From positions 1 to 64,000 of the forward strand of contig JAADVB010000068.1 of the NCBI GenBank assembly GCA_023334545.1: a stretch of DNA of 64,000 nucleotides. The letters run 5' to 3'. Below are positions 10,177-21,900 of the stretch, piece by piece. This DNA comes from Salisapilia sapeloensis CBS 127946 (lineage: Eukaryota; Protista; Oomycota). The notes below the pieces were generated by a model that made no database searches, was not told the origin of the DNA, and saw only the letters and a program-made list of their open reading frames with translations. How positions within the stretch are numbered: position 1 is the stretch's first letter; each line of letters starts with the position of its first letter. The position numbers and the translations under genes were made by a program.

Positions 10177-12160
10177 ATGAATTCAGACGGTGTTCGTCGC
10201 TACCGAGACATTAACAAGGTATTCCTGTCCAAAAATACTCTACAAAACCTTGATTAACGATATTTAAAACACCAACAGATCAGTACGGTGGCGAGGTATG
10301 TCCATGTCTTTTCTCCCCTGTACTATATCCAGACGCTCAAGCTCTTCTAGACGCACCAATCTTCATATTCGAAGTGATATTCGACGTGACGCCGATGGAT
10401 TCGAAGATATAGATGACTTTTGGGCAGAAGATGATGCTTCCTTCGAGCAAGATGATGATCGTACAGCTTTTATACATCCATAACCCCCCTTTGAGACTAA
10501 ATTATACCGTATACAGTCATGTCGACATCGGATCGAGAGCCGTCCATGGGAAGCAGCCACCCCAATCGCTATTCTTCCATCAGTGCACGCTCTAGTCTCG
10601 CGCCATCCACCGGTGGCGGCACGGATGATGACAATGGTCCCGATTTCGACGATGACGACGCGCCGGATGTAGGTGGAGACATGGACATCGACTCGGACAG
10701 CAACACGAACGCTGAGTCCGGTCGTCGATCCTCCGTTCGTCCGTCCGTCACGAAACGCGTGTCGATCCAGTCGCCAAAGAAGAGCTTTCATCTCTCAGAC
10801 GACGAGAACGAGTCGCCTCGTAACTCGATGATCGCACCAAGTCGACCTTCCTCCTCTCGTCCGAGCGACACGAGAAGCATGTCGTACGGCAGCGATGACG
10901 TACCCACTGCTCCCAGTCCCTTCCCAGACGACGATCCACTCTCCCCCGTCTCCAACGGTACATCCCTCACGATCCACATCCTCTACATCCCTCACACCTG
11001 TCGTAGCAAGTGACCATGAGCTCGCATCCATCGATTCTTTCTCTGCCGACGGCGATTCCATCGACTTTACCGGCGAACAGGAGAAACCGAAGTCCAAGCC
11101 CAAGGCCCGTACCACCAAAGCCAAAGCCTCTAAACCCTTTAAACCTTCAAAACCAGCACCAAAACCAGCACCAAAGGCAGCTCCAAAAGCCAAGAAGCCT
11201 CGATTCATCAAAACTTCTCCTATCAAACGCAAAAAAGCTGCTGCTTCTACTTCTGCTCCAGACGAACTGACGGATCAGGACAAGTCATTCCAAGCAAGTA
11301 GCGATGAAGAATCTCATTTGAACGACTCGATCGTTAGTGATAAAGATCCGAACGCGACGGAAGGTGCGGCAGACCTTTCGCATGCATATGAAGTCTTGCA
11401 AGATGGAGATGGAGATGAGAATAGTGGTCTTCGACGCTCAAAACGACGACGCTTCAAGCCTTTAGAATGGTACAAGGGTGAGCACTATGTCTTTGAACGT
11501 CGACACTCTGGTGTCGGTCTTATCGTACCGACTGTCGCTGGCATCGAACGGCTCGGCGCGAAGCTCGATGACGATTCGGAGGTCAAGCGACAGAATCAAC
11601 GTAAAGTTCGGACGCGTCGACAACGTCAACAGAGTAATGCCAAGCCGCTACCGAAGACGGAACTACCATCCGGCGTCGACTTTGAGGAAGGCAACTGGGC
11701 GTTCGACCTGTACGACTCGAACTCGAAGTCGCGCAACAAGATCCACGTCATCTGCCGTGCTAGTGCCATCACCCAGCGTGAACTACCTGTTCCGGAAGGC
11801 TCAGAAGATGCTCCGAGTTACGCTGGCAAGAGCTTTAGCCATCTGACAGCCCAGCCGTACGGTCGATGGATCTGTGGCCAATTGACGCTGCCACCAAGCG
11901 GCATCAAGCACGCCGAGAGCGTCGGTGATGCGGTGCAAGTCTTCTTCGTAACGGCGTGCCAGCCTAATTCCATCGAAGTAGCTTTCGCACCGGCGGAGAA
12001 TGACGAGACGAGTCTCGAAGGTGCGACACACTTCCTTCTTGGTCCAGGAGACGAGTTCTACGTCCCATCGAAGAACGCATACTATCTCAAGAACCATTCC
12101 AAGTCGACCGCTGCCGAGTTACGCTTTACGATTTTAAAACCAGTTGAAGTAGAAGAGTAG
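10177..12160 (+). CDS. CENPC: Centromere protein C (Mif2/CENP-C); multi-exon
   Basis: N-terminal Mif2_N-like RRDADGFEDIDDFW, CENP-C motif GLRRSKRRRFKPLEWYKGE, and C-terminal cupin (GQLTLPPSGIK..VFFV..LLGPGDEFYVPSKNAYYLKN). An intron at about 10958-11007 reconciles ORFs 10519 and 10895, and two small 5' introns follow MNSDGVRRYRDINK. Confidence 0.88.
11149..11190 (+). repeat. 12-bp coding tandem repeat (KPAP/KAAP units) in the CENP-C disordered region
   Basis: aaaaccagcacc x2 followed by the degenerate copy aaaggcagctcc. Confidence 0.7.
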
Positions 12161-12227
12161 AGGAGCTCATATATGCTTCATGACAAGAGTTTTGCATTCG
12201 ATTTAAATTACGTTCTAGTTGAAAAAG

Positions 12228-12992
12228 TTATGGAAAAGCACCACGAAGTTGATAAAGTTGGTCGCGACTGAGATGCAAGTCGAGCATGGCGCCGTATGCA
12301 CACATTTGTTCGAATGAATCGTGCGTTAATTCCACTTGCTGAGCGACTTCATCACTCGTCGGTTGATCCACGAACTTGAGTGTCTTGGCGAGTGTATACG
12401 GAACGTGTGCTGCTGCTGCGTGACAGGCATTCCGCTCTGCGACAGAATCGCCCACCGAGACAAAGTTAAAGGACGATTGGTGTGGCTGGTCGAAGCACTT
12501 GCGCGCGATGAGCTGCATGACAGCGTGCTTCCAACTACTCGCATCACCGCCTTGACCGTACGTCTGCTCGTACCACGATCGTGCCGAGACGATGTGGACG
12601 TCTGGTAGAGATAAGACGTTCTGGACGGCAGGTAGGTAGAGTGAGCACGAGAGCTCGACCCACCCACCTTCTGCGGCCGTCACGACAAAGACTGGGCCAT
12701 ACGAGACTGCCTTTAATAAGAGTTTAACGACAGTATGAGCTAGCTTTGTGAGTGCCTGTTGTTGCAATGCCGAGAAAGATACGTGTTGACCTCGATAGTG
12801 AGGTAATAGATCTTGAGCTTGGAGCCACGAGCTCGGGCAGAGCGTGTCGTCCCAATCAAACACCGCGACCGTGCGTTCGCCAACGTGGTCCAAGCTAGCA
12901 CTGGCTCCATCCGATACTGGCGAAGCAGGCGCTGCCTGTCGAGCAGGATGGAAGACCGAGGTGGGTGGAGCAACCGCTGGTGCGAAGGACAT
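12228..12992 (-). CDS. HAD-superfamily protein, DWDDT type (protist family that includes Plasmodium HADO-like proteins)
   Basis: Motif I VAVFDWDDTLCPSSW, motif II VVTAAEGGWV, motif IV VSVGDSVAER, C-terminal KTLKFVDQP. The ATG at 12992 lies just downstream of an Inr-like motif. Confidence 0.78.
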   Translation of the reverse strand: MSFAPAVAPPTSVFHPARQAAPASPVSDGASASLDHVGERTVAVFDWDDTLCPSSWLQAQDLLPHYRGQHVSFSALQQQALTKLAHTVVKLLLKAVSYGPVFVVTAAEGGWVELSCSLYLPAVQNVLSLPDVHIVSARSWYEQTYGQGGDASSWKHAVMQLIARKCFDQPHQSSFNFVSVGDSVAERNACHAAAAHVPYTLAKTLKFVDQPTSDEVAQQVELTHDSFEQMCAYGAMLDLHLSRDQLYQLRGAFP

Positions 12993-13020
12993 GGTAGATC
13001 TGCTTTTCACGGCGCAAGAC

Positions 13021-13032
13021 GAGGAATGAGCT
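13021..13032 (-). promoter_or_regulatory. Oomycete initiator motif GCTCATTCCTC
   Basis: The minus strand reads AGCTCATTCCTC, an exact fit to GCTCATTYYN, about 30 nt upstream of ATG 12992. Confidence 0.5.
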
Positions 13033-13634
13033 ACCGTCCGGTGGGAGCGACATTTGTAAATCCTCAAAGGATTTTCGGCTGGCGTGCGACGTTACGGTCA
13101 TTAGTGCCGCGGATCGGACCAGGAAGCGGGGGATGGAGGCATATGAGGCTGAAAGGTCGACTGGCGAACGACATATTAGGTGGCCAGAAATCAGAATAGG
13201 ACGTTATGCGCGGTATTCTTCGATCTCGAAAAGGCTAACCGAAGGGATCGATAGCACTCTTGATCGAACGTGAGAAACCTCCAGCCGTGTCACAGAGCCG
13301 CTTCGTGACGTCAGACAAGACGATAGATGGAGACATTGACTTGAACATCTTCGTACGCTAGGGCATGCTCCTATTTTCTACTCTCGGATAGCAGGCTTCC
13401 ATTGAAACATGAAGGGGAATACAAAAATTGACGCGTCTGGTCTCCTAGCTAGCTCCAATATCGTACAAGTATCTCATCCAACCCAAATTTCCATATCACG
13501 TTCTGAATATGACAATAACCTACTCTACCTCGTTCTTATTGACACCTATCTGACTTGTTTACATCTTTGCTACGTGTAGCGTCCATTAATCTCCATCAGG
13601 ACGTACGGGATTGACTAGACCAGTGTATCCGTAT

Positions 13635-15704
13635 TTAAAAGTCAGCTGTGAGTCGCGAGTTGTGGGTTAAGCGGTCAATGCCACTTCGACTTAGCTTGCT
13701 GCAGAACCACAGATTCACACTGCGTAATCGAGGCAATGCTTGCAACTTTTCCAGACCAGAATCCGTAATCTCGAGTTCTGCCAGATTTAACGTCGTTAGA
13801 GTGGTCACTCGCGATAGGATGTCCAATCCTGCGTCCGTAATCAGCGGCAGGTTGCCAATGTCCAAACTTTCCAAACTCGTCATCGACAAGCAAGCTTCAA
13901 GACCAGTATCAGAGACTTCCGACAGACTCGAGATATCTAGTACCCGCAGCCTCGTTAATGATCGAAGGGCTTGGATGCCAGTATCTGTCACCTTCGTGCA
14001 ATTCCATAAAATCAACGTTTCCAAATGACGAAACGCTGAGATAACTTGAGCACTAGCGTCTGTCAGCAACCGCAAGTTCGACAAATTTAACGTCTTTAGT
14101 TGCGTCAAGTTGGACAAGTACTTGATACCTTCGTCATCAATATAGCTAAGACGCATGAGGTTGAGATTAATTAGGTTGACGAGACGGCCAATCCCTTTGA
14201 GAGCAGCATTTGATAGCTGCCGGTTGTTGGATAAGTCCAAGATACGGAGGGAGCTGATCGCACCGAGGGCAGCCACTCCTTCGTCTTCAATACCGACACA
14301 GCCACCTAGGTAGATAGATTTGAGGTTCTGCAGCGATGCCAAAGACTGAAGTCCATCACATGTAATACGGTAGCAACTCACGAGATCCAAGTTCATGAGA
14401 TATGGCATCTTGCTACAGGCTTTTAATGCTCGGTCATCCACTTTTGCACATTTCATCGCGTTAATAAAACGAAGTTTTTCCAGTCCTTGCATGTTATCGG
14501 CAAACGTAATCGAAGTGATCTCTGAACAATACCATAAATTGCACGACATGAGTAGCGGGAAATGCTTTAAGACTGCTGTACCTCGATCTGTGATGTTGTA
14601 GCAACCAGCAATGTCAAACAGTGTAAGCTTCGTCAGAGGTGCCAAAGCGAGCAATCCATCGTCCGTCAATTCGCCAATGTTCGCGATTTCCAAACTAATG
14701 AGATTAATCAATCCCGCTAAACACGCAATGGACCGAGATGTGAGCTGCGTACAGTTGGACAGATTCAAATGCGTCAAGGTTGTGAGTGAAGGAAGCGTAG
14801 CTTCAATGCCCTCGTCTGTTAAGCCTCCTTGATTGCAGTACCACAAATTGAGATGCTTGAGATGCTTTAAAGCCGATAGACATCGGATTCCAGTATCAGT
14901 GATACGGCGGCAGCCTCTCAAGTTGAGCAACGTCAAGTTACACAAGTTAGTAGCAATCACTTGCATGCTTTCATCACTAATCTCGGTACAATAACCAAGA
15001 CTTAGAGACGTGAGCTTCATGCATTGTCTCGCTACGAGCTGGATGCTAGAGTCCGTGATCTGATGAACACCTTTTAATGTTAGTACTTCGATCTGTGGCA
15101 TCGAAGACAGCCTTGTAATAGCCTTGTCTGTAAGCTCAAGACAACCTGTTAAGTCGATGGCCCGCAAGTAGGGGGTCAAAGTCGGTAAGGGCATGATCGA
15201 ATCATCGGTTATAGCGTGGCGAACAGGAAGGAAGTTGAGGGTGGTAATGACGCGACCTATTTCAAGTCGCAGTACCTTGTTCGATTGAAGCAGATTGAAA
15301 AGCTCATCGACATAAAAGTACGATGCGAGTACGTGAAGGACAGGAGGTGGCAGTAGCAGTCGGTTAGCAGCAGCTTCGATCGAGCTTACTCGTCTACGAC
15401 GAATAGCGACTACTTCATCATCTTCTTGTTCAAGCTCCTGCGAAAGTTTCAAATCGGCTATTTCTTGGTAATCTATCGACCTTCGTCGTATTTGCGGAGA
15501 TCTAGTTGCTTGCTGTTGGACAGTATTACGCCAATGGAGAAAGATATGCTTCTGTCGAACGTAATTGAGTCGATCGTCTTCGCAGGCACAGGTACTATCA
15601 TCGACAACTTCTCCCTCGTCTTGGCACAGGCACCCGACTGACAGGTAGGCTAGATCTTCATCCGAGTATTGCATTCTTGGCAGTGTATCTGTTGGAGTAG
15701 ACAT
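13635..15704 (-). CDS. F-box-like / cysteine-containing LRR protein (FBXL14-like); intronless
   Basis: F-box-like LPPPVLHVLASYFYVDELFNL followed by roughly 20 LxxLxLxxCxxITDxG repeats of about 25 aa. Confidence 0.85.
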   Translation of the reverse strand: MSTPTDTLPRMQYSDEDLAYLSVGCLCQDEGEVVDDSTCACEDDRLNYVRQKHIFLHWRNTVQQQATRSPQIRRRSIDYQEIADLKLSQELEQEDDEVVAIRRRRVSSIEAAANRLLLPPPVLHVLASYFYVDELFNLLQSNKVLRLEIGRVITTLNFLPVRHAITDDSIMPLPTLTPYLRAIDLTGCLELTDKAITRLSSMPQIEVLTLKGVHQITDSSIQLVARQCMKLTSLSLGYCTEISDESMQVIATNLCNLTLLNLRGCRRITDTGIRCLSALKHLKHLNLWYCNQGGLTDEGIEATLPSLTTLTHLNLSNCTQLTSRSIACLAGLINLISLEIANIGELTDDGLLALAPLTKLTLFDIAGCYNITDRGTAVLKHFPLLMSCNLWYCSEITSITFADNMQGLEKLRFINAMKCAKVDDRALKACSKMPYLMNLDLVSCYRITCDGLQSLASLQNLKSIYLGGCVGIEDEGVAALGAISSLRILDLSNNRQLSNAALKGIGRLVNLINLNLMRLSYIDDEGIKYLSNLTQLKTLNLSNLRLLTDASAQVISAFRHLETLILWNCTKVTDTGIQALRSLTRLRVLDISSLSEVSDTGLEACLSMTSLESLDIGNLPLITDAGLDILSRVTTLTTLNLAELEITDSGLEKLQALPRLRSVNLWFCSKLSRSGIDRLTHNSRLTADF

Positions 15705-17230
15705 GATCTGAAGGATCAAAGAGTGAACAAATGTACTTTGCTCCTCACTAACACCTTCCTGGTTTTCCTTATCTGCATGCTATACCGACACACCATCCTT
15801 CGTCTTCAGTTGAGATCCTGATCTACTCAGCATTCTTATCTACTTTCATTCGCATGGTCTTCAACGTGTAATTAGAACACGATGCTCATATACAGTGAGC
15901 TACTTTGTTGCTCAAATGTGCTGTAAGAGGCCATTCTACTCCAACCTAGCTTGGAACTTCCAAAAATACCCAAGCACACATGATAAATCTATTAAAATAT
16001 TTAATTTCTATTTTAATTTGATACTTTTATAAATTGAGTCTCCGTTGTCATCGCGATAGGTGGAAAGCTGGGCATCATCATCTACAAAAAGATATGTAAC
16101 TTTCCTTATTCATCCTAAAAAGTCGCATCTGACCTTTAGATATACTGTGTGACACGGACGAAGGTTTCCCACCTCATCCCAAACGGTTATGTTGGTAGCT
16201 TCAGTCGCGCCCCTTCCGACATGGACAATCGCCACTTATAACGCATATTCAGATGTACCTCAAAGGATGGAAATTTCGACTCTAATCCTTCTATGGGTTG
16301 CATCCTTCATACTCTCAGTTCGTAGCGTCTTCGATTTGGAGGCGTTACGAAGATTAGAGCAACGGAGTGATAACAACTAAGAACTAATTTGAAATGAATT
16401 TTGCCTACGTTTGTCTCACTTTTGCTAGTTCAGCCACTAGTTTTCTGTACGATGACGTCGTCAACGTCCCAGGTATCACAGAGAGTACGTAGATCGCTTG
16501 AGATTCAGCGATAGAACTTAGTTTTGCTTGATCTTACCGTGTAATCGATGGAAAGAAGTTCTCTAGATGAGAATAGGCACAATGACAAAAGGCCCCGAAC
16601 AATAATAGAAGAGCTTTATCATTTGTTCGAACTTGGAATGTACTAGAAATGAACACTGGAGGGATTTTGGTCTTGTTTTCATCTTTCTGTTTTCATTTTC
16701 ATCTGTTTCGCTAGAAGAGATCCTACCGCTCTCACTTCCGAAGCTCAACCTTTCCAACTAGCGTACTTCCTGCGTCTTTCGTCTGAATGGAAACTTCTTG
16801 CTGGTATGTGGGTTCGATATAGTTTCATGATCTTCTGCTTTTACAAAGTGTTCAAGCACGAGCCTAGCTTTCAATTTACGTCGAACTCATAGTGTCAAAG
16901 GAGCAAGCGTCGGCAATGAACTGCTCATCTGTCCAATAATGAAGAAGTAATTAGCTTTATTTGAATATGAAAGCTGTAATCGTTCACGCGAAGTTTAGTT
17001 TGGAGCATTTTGAGAAGACCAAATGTTCGATTTGTTCATGTCCTTGGGTGTCGTGACCGCCATGATCGCAGTAGCAGTTCTTCTTCGTGGTATTTAGACA
17101 AGACACTAAGTAACTATCCTGTAGATAAACTTCCATAACACGTTTCATCTAGAACTTTATTTACAATCAACCTCTCCATCGTTACTAGAAAACCAACCTT
17201 CATCTGCATCTCAGTAGAGGTTTCCTCTCA

Positions 17231-17740
17231 CTAGTAGAACTTTATGCGGGCTTCAAAGAACTCAGCTAAGTAGTCCTGCAGATCTTCCGGACGGTCTTTC
17301 ACTGCTGCCGTCGTACAATGCGCTAGTAAATGCCGTAGCTTCCGATCATAGTACTGATGCCGTTTGATAGCCTGCGTACCACACAGCTCATTAAAAAAAC
17401 GATCAAACTTCATCCATCTGGCTATCCACTTACCACATAGTTGAATTTCTTCAAGTCCAATGTACCTCGCAGGTATTGCGCCAAAAACTCTGCTGTCTGA
17501 TCTGGTTGGTACAGTAGCACCTCTTCAATCGCTTTGCTCAAAATCGGATCCAAGTACTTTGTCAAGTACTCATAGTGATCCTGCAGTGATGCCAACAATG
17601 CAGGGTCTTGCAGCTCATATCGCGTTCGCTCTACAAGACAGAGACTTAAACTACTAGCACACATCCTAGAGACTTCCAAACGTACGTTCACGTAGCTGAG
17701 CATTGGCAGTGATGCCTTTGTTCGAGATCTTGTTTTCCAT
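17231..17740 (-). CDS. Small protein with two Dpy-30/RIIa-like dimerization-docking (D/D) motifs; at least 3 exons
   Basis: Spliced product MENKISNK..EQRTRYELQDP..YLTKYLDPILSKAIEEVLLYQPDQTAEFLAQYL..AIKRHQYYDRKLRHLLAHCTTAAVKDRPEDLQDYLAEFF, using an intron at 17372-17433 and one near 17630-17685. A further exon ending at about 17157 is possible. Confidence 0.7.
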
Positions 17741-17847
17741 CCGACTGAGAAACCACAACTGACGGACGATTGAAGCAGATGAAAGAATAGGAAACGAGGA
17801 GGTGTGAGAACTATTTTTAGAGCCAATTGAATGGTGTATCAGACGTT

Positions 17848-18876
17848 TTACTTGTCTTGGCCCCACGGATTAGAAGACTCGGCAGTCGGCTTGTCTTCCG
17901 CCTTCTCAGCCGATTTCGGTGCCTGCTTCCCATCTTTGCCCCATGCAGATCGGTTGCTATTCCCACGTTCACGATGATGCTTTCCACCAGTCGATTGTCC
18001 TCTCTCGCGTCCGTCTTCATGACGAGAGCCTCGATTGTTCCGATCTCCACGCCACACTGTCGTGTTCCGGAAACTCGAATTGTCATTCAACGATGCATCA
18101 TGTCGCTTGTATTCGAGAGAAACAAAGTGAGGTAGGTTCAATACCTTTCGCATCGTATCACTAGTCCAATGTACATGAGAAGACAAGAGAGAAAAGCTTT
18201 AGGATGGACGTACCGAATGCGGTAGCAGGCTTCACTGTTGTCAGCATTGCGATTCCATAGAGAGATGATGTCCTCGTTGTATCGGACGGAGATGACGGCA
18301 CCACAAATCTCGTTGCCAACGTCAAACTGCTCGCCAATGATTGCTAGGACTAAGTCTTCCCAGAAGCGGGATGCCACTCCTTTGCGTAGACGAACCATCC
18401 ACTTGCCACCTTTCTTATTCGCTGGGTCCTACACATTCATATCTGGCATTTGAGATCGAATAGCTCGGTTCAGGACGTTAGAAAGAAGTCGTACCTCCCA
18501 CATCGGCTTGATGCCAGTCTTAAAGAGATGGTAATCCATCGAGTTTGGCAAGTCATTCGGTCGTACGAGGTGGTTGTAGACGCCCCAAAAGTCTTGTACC
18601 TAATGTAATGTATTGCCTGAGTAATTGCAGCGTATAGAATCATTCGTATGGACGTACAGTCTTGAATTGCCCGAGCTCCTTGATGCTCTTTTCATAACTC
18701 TCGACTTCATTCGCTTTATTTCCAGAATTGCGCTTTAAAAACCAAAAGCTGTACATGTTCTGGATAGGAGCTTCATCTAGAATCCATATATAACTGCATG
18801 AGTTTCATTTGAAGGTCTTAGTAGGCCTATTCGAAGCTCTACCGGCGTTCTCCTTCACCGCCGTTTGGTCCACCAT
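17848..18876 (-). CDS. EIF4E2: Class II cap-binding protein eIF4E2 (4EHP); multi-exon
   Basis: Spliced MYSFWFLKRN..YEKSIKELGQFKTVQDFWGVYNHLVRP..HLFKTGIKPMWEDPANKKGGKWMVRLRKGVASRFWEDLVLAIIGEQF..EICGAVISVRYNEDIISLWN closely follows the 4EHP sequence pattern. Confidence 0.88.
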
Positions 18877-18922
18877 TTTCGACTTTTTTATTTCGATCCC
18901 TCCAAAATCACTTGGACAAAGT

Positions 18923-21900
18923 ATGGATTCCGATGAAGAGCTCGATCGGTACGTTCATGCGCTTCTAGGCGTAGATGGTGCTTGTTTCATCCTTCTTGGA
19001 TAGGTTTCTGAACGATGGAGATGATGAGAGCTATTCTCCGGACGTAAAGTATCGTTCCAATCGTCCAATCGATTCCTCGTCCTCCGTGCTCGCAGCAGCC
19101 GCGGCAGCACTTAAATCTTCCCACACAATCAAGTCGCATGCATCCAAGAATAAGAAGAGTAAAAAGTCAAAGAAGTCTAAAACTAGTGATATGGAAGAAG
19201 CTCCACCGAGCTATACGAGTGCCATGGACTCGAACGAGTAGGACGGATCTTGAAAAGTCGCATATATGTATCTCCTCATTCCTCTCGACAGATATGATCC
19301 GTACGCGTTCGAAGTTGATACGGCATCCTTTCAATTTGCTACGCCGGATCCAATGTCCCCGAAGAAAGAAAGTAGTAAGAAGAAAAAGACCAAACTGAAA
19401 GATGTTGTTCAGAAAGAGGTAAGTCCTTTTATCTCCATTTAAGATTCAAACCCTAATGAAAGGATAGATGAAGACATCCATTTCCATTGAAGACCGCGTT
19501 GCCAATATCCTCAAGCGTACTGGCAATGCAACTGCTATAGAAAAGGTACTTTGACACCTCTCGACGATAATTTAGAAAAAGGATTACAATGGAGCTTGAT
19601 GATAGACAGAGGATAGTAGCAGTCCCAAGAGCGAATCAAGTGGACATAATAGTGATTCAGGAGAGAGTAGTAAAGGTCTAGATGCTTCTGATTCACTCGG
19701 CATCAATTCAGCTGATTTTGAGGTGCAGTCGGTCTTCTGGTAACGAAAGGCATGAGTTAGAACTAAATCTTCGGACAGGTTGGCAGGAAGAGCAAGTGGC
19801 AACCAGTTCGAGAGTCTGTGGTATGACCTCTTCTCATTTATAGCTATAAGCATCCGTTTGATACAATATACTTATACTTGTGGACACTGGCAATAGACCA
19901 GTGCTACGAGTGAAAATTTCTCCATCAACGTCGATGCCTTACGGGAAAGCACAGATAGTAACTTTCTTCTTACCATTCCAATCACTTGATTCTTATGCGT
20001 AAACGTCGAATAGTCCCATCTAGATATGCGAGTGCATCAGTGCACCAAGTGAAAGAAGAAGAAGAGGAAGAGTATGAAGACGATGACTTCGAGATGGAGC
20101 AATCCTTGTCACAAGTTCGATCTGATGCCGAGGGCGAGACATCCCCTGAACCAAACGATAACTTTGTCAGTCAATTCGCTTCCATGAAGGTTATTCTTCC
20201 TATACGTCTCTTTCTAGTTCCCATTTAACGCATGAAGTAGACGTTCTTCCAAGTTGACGAAGAACAGAGCGCTTATACGACAGACACAAATGTAAAAGTT
20301 GATGAAGAACAGCCACCTAGTCTATCTGCAGCCAAGCTGGAAGATAGTGAAGCATTCGGATACGACGAAGACGAGTTTGAAGACGAGGAATCTCAAGTTG
20401 TAACGTCTAAAGCTCCTCCAGATGACAGTAATGAAGACGAACGATCTGCCTCACCACTCGTTTCCGAGCAGCCGCAGGACGAATCTATACATTCAGCAAA
20501 GGATGACAGTGGCCGTGATGATGCTCACGAACAAGAAGTGTCAGCTCAAAACGCATCAGATGCAGTCTACTCTGCTGATGAAGATGAAAAGATAGATACG
20601 CAGCGTTCAGAGGATACTTATTCGTACAAACAAGAGATACAGGAAGAGCAGCAAGAGGAGCCGAGGGTCAACACAAGACCACCGTCTCCCATCCAACCAG
20701 TTGCATATACAGAAGCGACGTCAAAGAACTCCATCCCAATGGTAACTTACTTAACTGTCCATTGTTTCTCCGTTGTAAAGCTAGAATACCTGTTAGTCGC
20801 CTCCACCTCCACCACCTCCAGATGACGATGTCCAAAGCTCCATTAAAGAGACCACCGAGAGGAATGTAACAACTAGGGAAGAAGAACGCACAAGTGAACC
20901 GGCTCCCACCTCATCCTACGTATCCCCTGCTGTGCAGAATCAACCCCCACCCATATTCTCCAAGCCCAAACAAAGCCCATCCTATCCTAATCAGCATAAA
21001 GTGATGGAAGAAGAACCTCTACAAGATAAAGAATATACTGACGACAACTTGTATGCAGTTGATGCTGATATTGATGGACTTGTACGTGCATCTCACCAGT
21101 GGAAACAGAGGCAAGTGGTGGCTGCTTCCAACTCGTTGCGAGAGAGTGCGAGGAGGGAGCAAGAGCTTAAACTTCGTCTTCAGCAGAAACAGCGACAAGT
21201 CGATCAGCTCAAGACAGCCATGCAAGTCTTCCAGGAAGGTGTGACAGAAGACGATGATCCGATCCTACCATCCATTCCAAAGCATAAACAACCTAAAGGA
21301 ACATCTACTCATCCGTCCATCGCTCCTGACTTGCTGAAAGAGATGCAGGTAGGCAGCATACGTTACTAGATCTGTCACGATTCTTACTCGCTCTTGTGTA
21401 GACGCAAGAGAAGCTGATTGAAGCGTACCAAAAGGAGAATGAACGACTTATGTACCAGTTAAAGGAAGCACAGGATGGTATGCAATCCGAAGCGTATCTG
21501 TACAACCAAGATCTAAAGTATCAAGTGCGAGATCTACAGTGTCAGTTAGAAGCGAATAAAAATAAAGCTAGTATCACATCTATTCCATCGACGCATGACA
21601 AGTCTCAGTATCATGCTGCCGTGGAAGCTCGATTGACAGCAGAAGCAAAGGCGTTAGCACTGCAGGAAGAGCTAGATACGATGCAAGCTACACATCGAGA
21701 TAGAGAAAACGAACTGAAAGTCGCGCTGGATCGAGTGAAGAAAGCAAAGAAAGACGTGGAGTGGAAGTACGAAGGTGTAGACGTCGTGAAGATGGAGGAG
21801 GATTCACATCAGATGGATGCTCTAATGAGTCAAATGGAGCTAATGAAACAAGAGCACGCACATGCGCTCGCTTCTCTTCAGAAGAAACTGGATTGGTACA

